From IMG/VR virus record IMGVR_UViG_2061766007_000748: DNA of 64,000 bases; one strand, given 5' to 3'. Below, piece by piece: positions 11,603 through 22,903 of the stretch. A program made the position numbers and the translations under genes. Source of the stretch: an uncultured virus (IMG/VR IMGVR_UViG_2061766007_000748) (lineage: Duplodnaviria > Heunggongvirae > Uroviricota > Caudoviricetes). The notes under the pieces are model-generated. The model saw only the letters and a list, made by a program, of their open reading frames with translations, did not search any database and was not told where the DNA came from. Position 1 is the stretch's first letter. Every line of letters starts with the position of its first letter.

Positions 11603-14600
11603 GGAGTAAAATTATGTGGGAAGATTTTTATAACCAGGGACCTTCTGATTTCGATATCGCAGTTGAAGAATTTAAGGAACAATTAAGGAAAACTGTCAAA
11701 GAAGAAATTCTTAAAGAGATGTCTCGTCTTAAAAAAGAGAATGAAGAATTACAGGATGTAAAAAAGAACTTTGAACAGATTAAACAGGATTATGAACGTA
11801 AAAAGAAACATTTTGAAGATGAAGAGCATAATTTGACATATACGCTTGCTCGTAAGAAGATTAATGAACTTATTGAGCTTGCAGACCTTCATCAAGAATG
11901 TTATTACATTGACACCGTTTATGGATATGTTCCTAAATGCGATAAATGTGATGAAAGACGTAAAATATATTTCAAATCACCTAGTGGAAGAAATTGTGAA
12001 GAAGAATGTCCTGTATGTGGTAAATATTGGTGCAAATATGTTGTAAAACCTATTCCATCTATTCGTCTACGTTTTGATAATGACCCTAATATTAAATGTG
12101 AAGTGATTTATACTTGGCATGATAATTGGCGTGACAGTACAAGTTACACGAATAAAAACATTTACAATGGTACGATAGATGGTTTTGATATTAAGACATA
12201 TAACAGATATCATACGGTGTTTTCTTCAAAGGAACTTGCAGAACAGGTTTGTGATAAATTAAATAAAGATGCTGGTGTTCCAGATAATCTTGAAATTAAG
12301 GAATAAAATTATGGATGACGAAAAACTGTTTGAAACATTGAATGAACTTGTAACAGTATCTAATCCTGATAGACCTGATTTTGAAAATGAACTTAATATA
12401 CTTGCACGAGAATCATTATGGAATAATGCTACAGAAGATATTCGTAATAAACTTTCTCACTTTATTATTGTCTATACTAACATTCTTGTTGATAAAGGTC
12501 TGATTGAGGAAGATTTTAAGGATATGATTGCCGATAGGGTATTGTCAAGTATTCATTGTCAGGTTATGGATGATTTAACCAAGGTGTTTAATCCTGTAGA
12601 AGAACATAATGATCCGTTGGAAGNNNNNNNNNNNNNNNNNNNNNNNNNNNNNNNNNNNNNNNNNNNNNNNNNNNNNNNNNNNNNNNNNNNNNNNNNNNNN
12701 NNNNNNNNNNNNNNNNNNNNNNNNNNNNNNNNNNNNNNNNNNNNNNNNNNNNNNNNNNNNNNNNNTTGAAAAGAAAAAGATAGAAAATTCAGATAAGTTC
12801 TATTTCTATCCTCATATACCTGGTTTTTGCGAAGGATGTGATGTTGAGTTGGAAATATTCGATACTATCAAAGAAGTTGCGAAGAGAATAAAAAAGTATT
12901 CAAGATATGGTACATTGGCAACAGATCCGACAGATAAACCAAATCACATCATTATGACAGTAAGAAAAGATGGTACATCATGGTGGGTACATGGTTACAG
13001 TAACGCTATTGAGAATTTGTACCTTCCTGATTATAGAAGTCTTGCAAAGGAGTAAAATTATGTTAAACATCGTTGAAATTCTATTTTTGGTATTTGGTTG
13101 GATTTACAATCTTAAAGGATTGATTATCACTTCATTAATTATTTCAGCATTCTTTATGTTGATAACACTTAGTGAACAAGGTAAAAAAATTAAGGCTGCT
13201 GGCAAAGATTATAAGCCACCATTCAAACTTGGATTACTTATTCAGGTAACCTGTTTTGTTTTATCAATTATTAAACTGTGCATGTAAGGAGAAATAATTA
13301 TGGAAATCGATACAAGTAATTTAACAGATGAACAAATCAGTAAACTTGGAGAGCTTATTCATTCTATGGAAAATGAGAATAAGAAAGCACAGAAATGGTG
13401 GGTTATGCCAAAGTATCCTGTTTTCGGTATAGAAATACAGAAGTTTGGCCAGTCTTATGTTGTAGAACCACAGAAAGATTCTTACAGCAGAAGTAGACCA
13501 CCACTAAAATCTGATTTTGAAAGTAAGGAGGCTGCTGAGAAGTGGCTCAAAGAATATTTAGAAACTAAAAAGGACTTTGAACCGGCAATGAATGACTTAG
13601 ATAACCTTGTTTGTAATCTTGGTCATATCAAAGAAAAATTACAAAGGTTTGAAAAGATTACAAGAGATGAATGGGAAGCCTGTTTTAAGGATTTTGATGA
13701 ATCATTAAATCATAGTTCACTTAATAAGGTAACAAAGGAATAATTATGAAAGATAGAGAATTAGAAATGTATAAAGGTTTCTTTAATAGGGTAGAAAATA
13801 TAATTAAAGATGATAAAGAAGTTTCTGATAAAGAAAAACTTATTATAATACTTATTGAATTGGAAAACATGATGAGATATAAAAATGGTCGTGTTTTTAG
13901 AGAAGTTGATGATTTTATTCAAAAACTAAGAGTTAAATCTGATGATTGCGAAACTGATAATGTTTACGTTAAGGATGGAGAAATGAAATCTTTCAGTAAG
14001 GAAGCAGAAGAGTTTGCTAGAAAACGGGTAGACCATGAAATGAGTTATACTTGTGGAATGGATTTTACTGATGAACAGATAAAATGGATTAAGGACCATA
14101 TTTATACTTCAGTAAGAAACGCATATCAGAGTACTGCAGATATCAGAGATTTACAGGAAATAATTAGTGATAGGTGCCAGATCGTGTCCGGTAATAAAGG
14201 AAACAGGGCATACCGTATAGGGTCTAAAGAACCTGAGAAAGACAGATACCTTACCAATAAAGAACTTGCTATGTGGTTGGCTCAGGGTAACGGTTTGGCT
14301 ACAGATAAAAGTACAGGAAGGAAAGCTGCAAGTTATTCTTATCGGGAAGATGATGATGAAAGGGTGGATTATATAAATATGGCTGTTCGTAAATGGGAAG
14401 ATGATGAGTGGCATGAACCAACTTATAATTATTGTTTTGGAGATAAATAAATGAGAACACAAATTGTATTCACTTGTAAAAGATGTGGTAAGGAACAGAT
14501 AGAAGATATTACATTCTTTAATGTTCTGAGATTTAAGTTCAGAAATCTTGTTATTTCAGAAAAGTATTCGGATTCATTTGGTAATTTACAAACAATAAGA

Positions 14601-14820
14601 ACTAACAGCTATGAACTTTGTTCTGATTGCTGTAAGTCGTTAAATATTTGGTTGAGGAATGGTGACGAATACAAAGAACTTATTGATGAAAATAATAAGT
14701 TGAAAGAACAGAAAACTTATCTGAACAATGAGAGGATAAGACTTCAGGGAGAACTTAAACGAGTATCAGATAAGTTTGACGATTGTAAAAGATTCTGTCC
14801 TAGAGAAAGTCCTGATTATA

Positions 14821-14884
14821 AAGAATACTGTAAATGGATTAAGGAAAGGATAAAGAATACTGTAAATGGATTAAGGAAAGGATA
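14821..14884 (+). repeat. Perfect 32-bp tandem duplication
   Basis: aagaatactgtaaatggattaaggaaaggata present twice. Confidence 0.95.
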
Positions 14885-14901
14885 GAGAAAGAGGAAAAGA
14901 A

Positions 14902-15470
14902 ATGAGATTCCGAATATTAAATAAAGACCCGTTATATGACTATAGGGAAGCCTGCAGAATTACGCAGGGTATAGACCCGTACAAACAACCGTTGNNNNNN
15001 NNNNGATGAGTTTTCTTTTTGGGTTAAGCAGATAGTTGCTAACCATTCCTGTTTAAGGTCTGTTCATTTCAGGCTAGTAGATACAAGACCAAAATCCGTT
15101 ATTATGCAGGTTATAAGGGCAACTAAAGGACATCCTCAACCTGAAGTACAAAGCTCCCGACCTGACTGGAACGACGGTAAGGAACGAAGTAATGACCCAT
15201 ATGAAGATAAACTGTTTATGATGGATCATACACCGGAATCTTTTATTGAAATGGCTAAGCAGCGTTTATGTAACAGAACGGAAGACAGGACAAGAAAGTT
15301 NNNNNNNNNNNNNNNTAAAACAGTCCACTAATCCTTTGTTAAAAGCTATCGGTTACTGCTGTCATCCGTATTGCTGGTGGTATAAGGGTTGCCCTGAGAT
15401 AAAAAGCTGTGGTATGAACCCGCATAAAGTATATGACGATGTAATGAGTGAATATAGGAGTGAAAATTAA
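14902..15470 (+). CDS. thyX: ThyX-like FAD-dependent thymidylate synthase (split by two gaps)
   Basis: Rejoined: 'MRFRILN..EACRITQG..VANHSCLRSVHF..MQVIRATKGHPQPEVQSSRPD..FIEMAKQRLC..CHPYCWWYKGCPEIKSCG', the layout of phage ThyX-like proteins. Confidence 0.65.
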
Positions 15471-16368
15471 AATTATGAAAGAATATTGCACAATAACTAC
15501 NNNNNNNNNNNNNNNNNNNNNNNNNNNNNNAGATAGTGAGGAAGAGAACAAAGAATGTGTAAAACAACTCAATCAGGCTATAAGCAATGGATTTGAAGTT
15601 AAGCATATTACAAGTGCTGTCGTATGTGGTGAAATGTATGTTTATCATTTCTTGGAAAGGGAGGCTAAATAGTATGGCAAAAGAAACCAAACAGGAAGTC
15701 TATGTTAGTAGCGAATGTTGTTATGGAAACTCTTATATGATAACAGTTACAGTCAAAGGTTTAACAACAGATGGAAGATATGAGTATCAGGATAACTATA
15801 AATTTAATGCCAATAAACGCCTGACCAAAGTTGAATGTATAAAATGTGAAGACGGTCTGTTCCTGAATATTGCTACAGAATATGCTATTAAACATATGAA
15901 GGAATTGAGAAAGATAAAGAGAATCCGGTTCCCTTTATTCAATATATTCAAAGAGGAGGAGTAGTTATGCTAAGGGAAGGAGAAAGATGTTGGAAATGTG
16001 GAAGGTTGCTAACACCTGAAAACACAGGTCCTTTGCTGTATCTTACTGACCCTCCGAAACATGCTTGTACAACTTGTGATGGTACAGGAGATTGGCAGAA
16101 AGATTTGACACCTGAACAAATAAAGAAACTAAAGAAGGAGAAATAAATGATTATTGAAATTTGTTTGGAAAACAAGGATACCGGAGGATTGTATCTTCGT
16201 GATATATGTTATCCGGTTTCTTTTAAATTAAGCTATGACACCAGAAAAGCCGTTCTGTATTATCCTGACGGTAAAGAAGAATTAACCATTTCTAATTTTA
16301 TGGAAGACGAAGGCTGTATTAAAATAATACTGTAAACCACCCATAGATTGTTTGTAACGCATTCAAAC

Positions 16369-16409
16369 GGGGTAGATAGTGTAATTATACCAAATTCACT
16401 AGATACCCC
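16369..16409. repeat. TAATTATAC-core hairpin element, copy 1
   Basis: ggggta..tagtg[taattataccaaatt]cacta..tacccc. Confidence 0.65.
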
Positions 16410-16460
16410 TTAAATTTTTAATCCTAGAACGGTTATAAAGGAAATTTATAGCCTTCCCTG

Positions 16461-16489
16461 TTTACAAATTGTTTAGTTATTGTTATTAT
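16461..16489 (+). promoter_or_regulatory. Sigma70-like early promoter
   Basis: TTTACA-17nt-TATTAT with TG extension, followed by an AGGAGG RBS. Confidence 0.75.
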
Positions 16490-16764
16490 TACAAATATAA
16501 ACCAAATAACAGGAGGAACAGGATTATGAAGGTTTACGAACTTAATGATTACCTTACCGACCTGTGCCACCTCGGTCTGGCACAGGAAGAAATTGTGGTT
16601 GAGAAAAGCGATACATTGTTTAGTGATATTCTCGAACCACAGTACCCGACATCTCACTACGAAATCGAAGCAGTAAGAAATCAGAACAACAAATTAGCAA
16701 TCTGTATCGCATAGTTTACGTCTTATCAACTCTATATATTTATAATATAGGAGGACGTAAAATT

Positions 16765-16934
16765 ATGTCTAAAGCACTTTATCGTCTTATTTCTGGACTT
16801 GTTGCGGCTGCAGCAATGGNNNNNNNNNNNNNNNNNNNNNNNNNNNNNNNNNNNNNNNNATCCCTATTGCAAAAGAAGCTATCGACCAGATTCTTCTTAT
16901 CTTTGTAAATCCTGATTTGACAAAGAAGAAATAA
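16765..16934 (+). CDS. Small membrane protein (not in ORF track; spans a gap)
   Basis: AGGAGG RBS; 'MSKALYRLISGLVAAAAM...PIAKEAIDQILLIFVNPDLTKKK'. Confidence 0.55.
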
Positions 16935-16941
16935 GACTTTT

Positions 16942-16982
16942 ATAACGGTAAATGACAGGGAGGTCTTTACCGTTATGTTTTT
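16942..16982 (+). terminator. Rho-independent terminator
   Basis: ataacggtaaa...tttaccgttat stem followed by gttttt. Confidence 0.65.
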
Positions 16983-16998
16983 ATACAGAGGATAGATT

Positions 16999-17719
16999 AT
17001 GATAGATAAAGTTAATTTGAAAGGGACTAACCATTACATAGAGGATAATGATGATGACGGACTTAGGGGAACGGGTGTAAAGGTTAGAAGAGTCCGTAAT
17101 CAGCGTTATAATATCCTATGTTTTTATACTGACCGTTATCATTCCCCTGGTAATGATACATTTAATACCTTTGAAACTATGAGTNNNNNNNNNNNNGATG
17201 CCTGGTAGTCCAATATCAACTCCTTTAGATTGGTTTTATAGTAATTCATTCACAGGATGGTTTTTAACTGGTGAAGGTGTAGATAATGATGGATATATAG
17301 AGGTTATAAGCTCACAAGGAACAGTTGGTGAGTTTACTTGTGAAGTAACAAAAGATGCTTATTTACAATTTATTCCTTTCTGGGTTATTCTAAATGATTC
17401 TGATGGATATGTTCATGACACATTTATTCATCCTCAATGGAAAATAAGAACGGATCATGATGTATATTTCTCAGGTATATCAAAGGCAGGATATCAGACA
17501 ATCAACGATACTTCTTTACATTTCGTAGCAGAACCTAATTGTCCGACTTATTTTGGTGAATATATGCCTAGTGATAAGTATAATTCTATAAGATGGAAAA
17601 TAGCACAGGGTACAACTTTTCAAACTAATCACAGTATTTCAACAATCAAACCAAATCAGATTATCAGTGGATTAGTACATTATGAAGTTCCAAACCCTGT
17701 TAATTTAATAGGAGATTAA
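16999..17719 (+). CDS. Putative beta-rich structural/receptor-binding protein (joined across gap)
   Basis: N-terminal 'MIDKVNLKGTNHYIED' is fibre-like; the body is aromatic and beta-rich. Confidence 0.35.
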
Positions 17720-17723
17720 ATAT

Positions 17724-18547
17724 ATGCCAGANNNNNNNNNNNNNNNNNACAGAATACGATGTAACGGATAGTGCCGAAGGCAGTTTGAGAAGTTGTGACA
17801 TAATAACAAGAAAAGTTGTAAGACAGGATGATATAATTGTTGGTGTAGATTTTTTAAGACCAAATCCTTCTTCAGGTGATCTAAATAACTTGCCTAATCC
17901 TGTTCAGACAGGATTTGTTCCAACTCTTTATTTTGATAATTATTATCTACAGTTAGTTCGTAATGGATGTTANNNNNNNNNNNNNNNNNNNNNNNNNNNN
18001 NNNNAACTCTTATTTTGATAATATGTCTTTTGATTATATTCAATCTGGAAATGTTGATTATAGTACACAGACTGCAACAATAACACTTAATGGAGATATT
18101 CACTTTCAGATTACTGCTACAGGATATAACGCACTGTTGGAATCAGGCTATGGAAATGATTTATTCATACTGGTACCTAAATACATAACGATGCGGGTAG
18201 ATAATTATCAATCCGGCGGTACAGCTTATGGAAATGTACTGGCAATATTAAGTACAGCTGACAGCTATTGTCCTATAATCCCTTATCCATATACTGATTC
18301 TTTTTCACCCGTTTATTATGTTGTTCGGCTCGCTACTCCTAATACTTCTTCAATTTCTACTAATAGGATAACATATAATATACCAAATGGCAGCCAGATT
18401 ACTGATATAGAAGGTACAGCGGTGGTAAACCCAAGGTGGAGAATCCACGGAGCAGACAGTATGGGCGATTTTCAATCTGTTCCACCGTTTAGTTCGAACA
18501 TTTGTTCTGATTTTATTTTACAATCATTAGGTAATGAAACAGAATAA
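17724..18547 (+). CDS. Putative beta-rich structural protein (joined across gaps)
   Basis: AGGAG RBS; composition and N-terminal style similar to the 16999 gene. Confidence 0.35.
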
Positions 18548-18563
18548 AAAAAGGAGGATATAA

Positions 18564-18992
18564 ATGACGTTAGAAGAATTCGTAGATAAGTACAACGGTA
18601 AAAAGGTGGATTTTGATGGCGTGTATGGCTGTCAATGTGTAGACCTGTTCCGTCAGTATGTAAAAGATGTATGGGAAATAGAAGAGCATACAGGACCTTG
18701 TGCAACAACAGGTGGTGCTAAAGATTTGTTCCTTGATTACAATAAGATGCCGCTTGAAAAGAAATACTTTACAAAGGTATCTACAAAGACACCAAAGACC
18801 AGAGATGTTGTTATATGGAATTCAACTCCTACCAATAAGTACGGTCATGTTGCAATCTGTCTTGGTTTGTTAAAGAATTCCGTTATTGTGTTTGAACAGG
18901 ACGGTTTCAGACAGGACGGTGCAAAGATTAACGTAAGAAGTAAACAGAATATGCTTGGAGTATTAAGAAAGAATACTAAGAAGGAGAAATAA
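18564..18992 (+). CDS. CHAP-domain endolysin
   Basis: 'DFDGVYGCQCVDL' (catalytic Cys), 'YGHVAI' (catalytic His) and 'VFEQDG'. Confidence 0.9.
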   Translation: MTLEEFVDKYNGKKVDFDGVYGCQCVDLFRQYVKDVWEIEEHTGPCATTGGAKDLFLDYNKMPLEKKYFTKVSTKTPKTRDVVIWNSTPTNKYGHVAICLGLLKNSVIVFEQDGFRQDGAKINVRSKQNMLGVLRKNTKKEK

Positions 18993-18994
18993 CT

Positions 18995-19258
18995 ATGGAT
19001 TTTGGAAAGATGGCTGAGGTAGCACTTGCAACTGTTGGTGTTACGGAACTGATTAAGAATTTTGTTGGTAAGGGTGGAAAGAAGGTCTGGAGCCTTGTTA
19101 CTATTCTTGTTGGAAGCGGAATGAGTGCATTGAGTATATTCTGTCCTGAAGTAATCCTTCAATGTATTGTAGGTGTAAGTGGTGCAGTCGTATTCTATGA
19201 CACTATCTTTAAGGCATTTCAGAAACTGTTTGCCAAGATAGGAAATAAGGAGGAATAG
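18995..19258 (+). CDS. Holin
   Basis: 87 aa with 2-3 hydrophobic helices, directly after the endolysin. Confidence 0.7.
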   Translation: MDFGKMAEVALATVGVTELIKNFVGKGGKKVWSLVTILVGSGMSALSIFCPEVILQCIVGVSGAVVFYDTIFKAFQKLFAKIGNKEE

Positions 19259-19261
19259 AAT

Positions 19262-19578
19262 ATGAATATAACGGGTACTGTGATTGGAATTATCTTAATA
19301 GCCTTTTTTACGTTATTCGCCATATTNNNNNNNNNNNNNNNNNNNNNNNNNNNNNNNNNNNNNNNNNNNNNNNNNNNNNNNNNNNNNNNNNNNNNNNNNN
19401 NNNNNNNNNNNNCCAGATAAAGAAAGAAGAAGAAAAGAAGAAGGAGGAAATCAACAATGCAAAAACTAAAGAAGAACTGCGTAATATTGCTCGTGATAAC
19501 GCTAAGTCTAATAATGATAAGCTGCGTGAGCAAACCAAAGACGGAAACAGTACTTCCGGTAAGACCACAAAGAAAAGA
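19262..19578 (+). CDS. i-spanin-like protein (3' end in gap)
   Basis: N-terminal TM 'MNITGTVIGIILIAFFTLFAIF' followed by a K/E-rich coiled coil, overlapping a lipoprotein gene. Confidence 0.6.
19457..19578 (+). CDS. o-spanin-like lipoprotein (partial, runs into gap)
   Basis: 'MQKLKKNCVILLVITLSLIMIS-CVSKPKTETVLPVRP': signal peptide, lipobox and Pro-rich segment in an overlapping frame. Confidence 0.65.
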
Positions 19579-20549
19579 NNNNNNNNNNNNNNNNNNNNNN
19601 NNNNNNNNNNNNNNNNNNNNNNNNNNNNNNNNNNNNNNNNNNNNNNNNNNNNNNNNNNNNNNNNNNNNNNNNNNNNNNNNNNNNNNNNNNNNNNNNNNNN
19701 NNNNNNNNNNNNNNNNNNNNNNNNNNNNNNNNNNNNNNNNNNNNNNNNNNNNNNNNNNNNNNNNNNNNNNNNNNNNNNNNNNNNNNNNNNNNNNNNNNNN
19801 NNNNNNNNNNNNNNNNNNNNNNNNNNNNNNNNNNNNNNNNNNNNNNNNNNNNNNNNNNNNNNNNNNNNNNNNNNNNNNNTCTCAGATTGAAGATAGTATT
19901 AAGGATTTAAGAACTGTAGTTTTAGAAACAAAACTTCAGGAGAGAGATATTAAAGATTTAACCGAACAGCAGACGGAACTGTTACAGGCTATAAATGCAC
20001 ACGATGCCCGCCTTAAAACTTTAGAACAAAAACCGATAAAAGATAGAGCAGATAAATGGCAGTACATAATGGACTATATATTTAAGACAGCAGTTGCAGN
20101 NNNNNNNNNNNNNNNNNNNNNNNNNNNNNNNNNNNNNNNNNNNNNNNNNNNNNNNNNNNNAATAATATTATGATAACATTTAACGAATGTGATTTTGATT
20201 ATGTTGAAGAATTTGATTTAAGTAGTATAGATAACTATGGTTATGTAGACTTCTGGAAAGGTGACGATATAATCAGAGTTTACATAGATGAGTTTGATGT
20301 TGACAGTCAGTATGATTCAAGACCAGACAGTTTTAATCCTGAAAGTGGTAATGTAGGTTACAGTTCTTATTCATATGATACTGTAAATGATATTGGTGTA
20401 TATACGGAACTGACTGATAGTGATGGAAATATTCATACTAAAGAACAGTTCCTTGAAAACAATCCTGAAATATATGATTTAGATTCAATCATAAAACAGG
20501 CAGAAGAGTTTGCCAAGAAACTGTTCAGACAGTGGTGGGAAGATCAGAA

Positions 20550-20933
20550 TTAAATCTTAGCCCATTCTGAAAGTGTAATATCATCTATCCATTTGCTACC
20601 GGCGTAGATATGAAAACCATCTTTATCTTCTTCATCTATACTTGTGATAACAGAAGTTATGCCTTCACGTTTAATAATATCGCCAGGTTTCAAATCAGTC
20701 CATTTAAGTCCTTCCGGTTCTGAGACAAGGTAGGCAAGAGCCCAAGGATTGTAATTTGAATCCATGAACCGGCAATCATAACTCTCATCATTAATTTCTT
20801 TTACCTCTGACAGTCCTATTTCACTTTCAACATATTGTTTCAGATTAATAAGGTTATCTGCGAATATAGCCTTGCTTCCAATTTTTACCTGATCCGCATC
20901 CAATATAGTAAATACTCTGTCTTTATTGAATTC
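20550..20933 (-). CDS. Hypothetical protein (start in gap), paralog of 11126
   Basis: The ORF track fuses it to the upstream gene only through Ns. Confidence 0.65.
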   Translation of the reverse strand, partial: EFNKDRVFTILDADQVKIGSKAIFADNLINLKQYVESEIGLSEVKEINDESYDCRFMDSNYNPWALAYLVSEPEGLKWTDLKPGDIIKREGITSVITSIDEEDKDGFHIYAGSKWIDDITLSEWAKI

Positions 20934-20943
20934 NNNNNNNNNN

Positions 20944-21215
20944 TTTAAAATAAGTTGATAAACATAACCATTACCTTTTTGTAAAGAAAACCAATAAACT
21001 TCATCCTTTTCCCAACCATCACGTTCAAGTATTTTTTCTGCTGTCCACTTAGACCAATTACCATAACCCCTACAATGAGCGAGGAGCTTTTCTTGATCTT
21101 TTTTTGGAAGTTTATTAAAAGGTGTACNNNNNNNNNNTTGAAATTGAACAACTTTTACATAAGGACCACAATTATTATAAGGTGTTACTAAATTCTTAAA
21201 AATCCTTTCCTTCAT
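20944..21215 (-). CDS. Near-identical copy of the 22028..22549 gene
   Basis: Shares 'MKERIFKNL.TPYNN.GPYVKVVQFQ' and 'HCRGYG.WSKWTAE..LER.GWE..EVYWFSL.KGNGYVYQLIL'. Confidence 0.7.
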
Positions 21216-22027
21216 AATTTTACTCCTACATTAATAATAGAATTACCATTTACCTTCAAATCTTTCAGTATAAGGATTCCACTTTACACCTTTAGGAAGT
21301 GCATCAAGCATTGCAGTAATTGTATTTGAAGGAAGATTCAATATACCCATTTGAAGGTTCGGGTCACGTCTATAATCTTCTTCTACGATTACAACCTTAT
21401 CTGACCATTTGTATTCCGTTTCACATTCAGGAACATTAATGTATTCGTGTTTGAAATCCAAGTCCATCATAATCTGCCTCCTAATATCCGTAATGAAAAA
21501 CAACAATATCTTCCCAATCAGGATTTCTTACAAATGACCTCAACAAGTTGATAGCCATTTCTGTTCTGCGGTAGTGTTCTTCACCTTCACATTTATGAAG
21601 AACTTTAAGAAGTTTTTCAGGTGTGGTGTAGCGAAGTCTGTCACCATATTTATCTTCATCTACTTCACTAACTTCACCGTCATTCATAAAAATCTTCTTG
21701 CCTTCTTCCAATTCGTTTTCAAATGTTTCATTGATTGGAAAGAAACTGTTTGGCATACATGAAAGATTAAGTTCTGCAATTGTTTCTCCAAAAGATTCTG
21801 AAGATTCGTGACTCCATTTCTTAACAACAACTAATTTTGATTCGTATCCCATAACGTGCCTCCTAAAGCATTTATTTGTTATAACTATAATATACAGTAA
21901 AATAATAANNNNNNNNNNAATTGATTTGATTGCTCCACATAAATCGTGAATAGAACTAAGACACCACAATAAACCTAAAAACAATATGAAACATACTATT
22001 GATAAAATAATTATTGCCTTCATAATT

Positions 22028-22549
22028 TTACTCCTTTATTTCTTTCCATTCTGAGGAATGTTCGAAACGACATTCTGAACCAATTGTATAAAATGGTTGA
22101 TTATTTGGTTCATAAGCTTCTTTACATACAAAATCTCCTTCTCTTAAAATAAGTTGATAAACATAACCATTACCTTTTCGTAAAGAAAACCAATAAACTT
22201 CACCTTCTTCCCAACCATTGCGTTCAAGTAATCTTTCTGCTGTCCACTTAGACCATTTACCATAACCTCTACAATGACTAGAGAGTTTTTCTTTGTCTTT
22301 TTTTGGAAGTTTATCAAAAGGTGTACCATTCTCTTCATCATTATAATAATCATAATTTCCGATATCTATAAGATGTTGAGCGTGTTTATAAGATTCTTCT
22401 CTTGATTTTTCACTGTCAATAACACCATCGTTATCAATAATCCATTTACGAAAATCATTTAAATTTTTCATTTGAAATTGAACCACTTTCACATAAGGAC
22501 CATAATTATTATAAGGTGTTTCTAAATTCTTAAAAATTCTTTCCTTCAT
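22028..22549 (-). CDS. Hypothetical protein (duplicated at 20944..21215)
   Basis: Intact 173-aa ORF with an AAGAGTAAATTATG start. Confidence 0.75.
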   Translation of the reverse strand: MKERIFKNLETPYNNYGPYVKVVQFQMKNLNDFRKWIIDNDGVIDSEKSREESYKHAQHLIDIGNYDYYNDEENGTPFDKLPKKDKEKLSSHCRGYGKWSKWTAERLLERNGWEEGEVYWFSLRKGNGYVYQLILREGDFVCKEAYEPNNQPFYTIGSECRFEHSSEWKEIKE

Positions 22550-22903
22550 AATTTACTCTTTTATTTCTTCATAATAATCAAGTGCAGGTAAAGCACCACA
22601 ACCAATTCCTGCTCTGTTAAAAGCATCTACAGCATCATAACCTTCAATTATTTCTGTCTTTCCATCTAGCCAATAAAGTTTATACTTCTTAATTTACTCC
22701 TCCCAAGGGTCATCAAAATGCCTTTCTGAATATGAAACAGAACTACATTCTGGACATTTGATTTCATCTGTTTCAATATCTTTATTCTGATAATGAATAA
22801 TATAACTCAATCCCATTTCATCAACTTCATAGTTACAACCACAATNNNNNNNNNNAAATCTTATAAAAAATTACATATTATTTATATATGGAGAAATACA
22901 GTT

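Larger units (their letters stand above)
4860..16335 (+). other. Array of roughly 35-40 small, tightly packed co-oriented accessory ORFs
   Basis: Short ORFs with strong AAGGAG RBSs and overlapping stop/start junctions; many carry CxxC zinc-ribbon motifs or TM helices. Confidence 0.85.
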
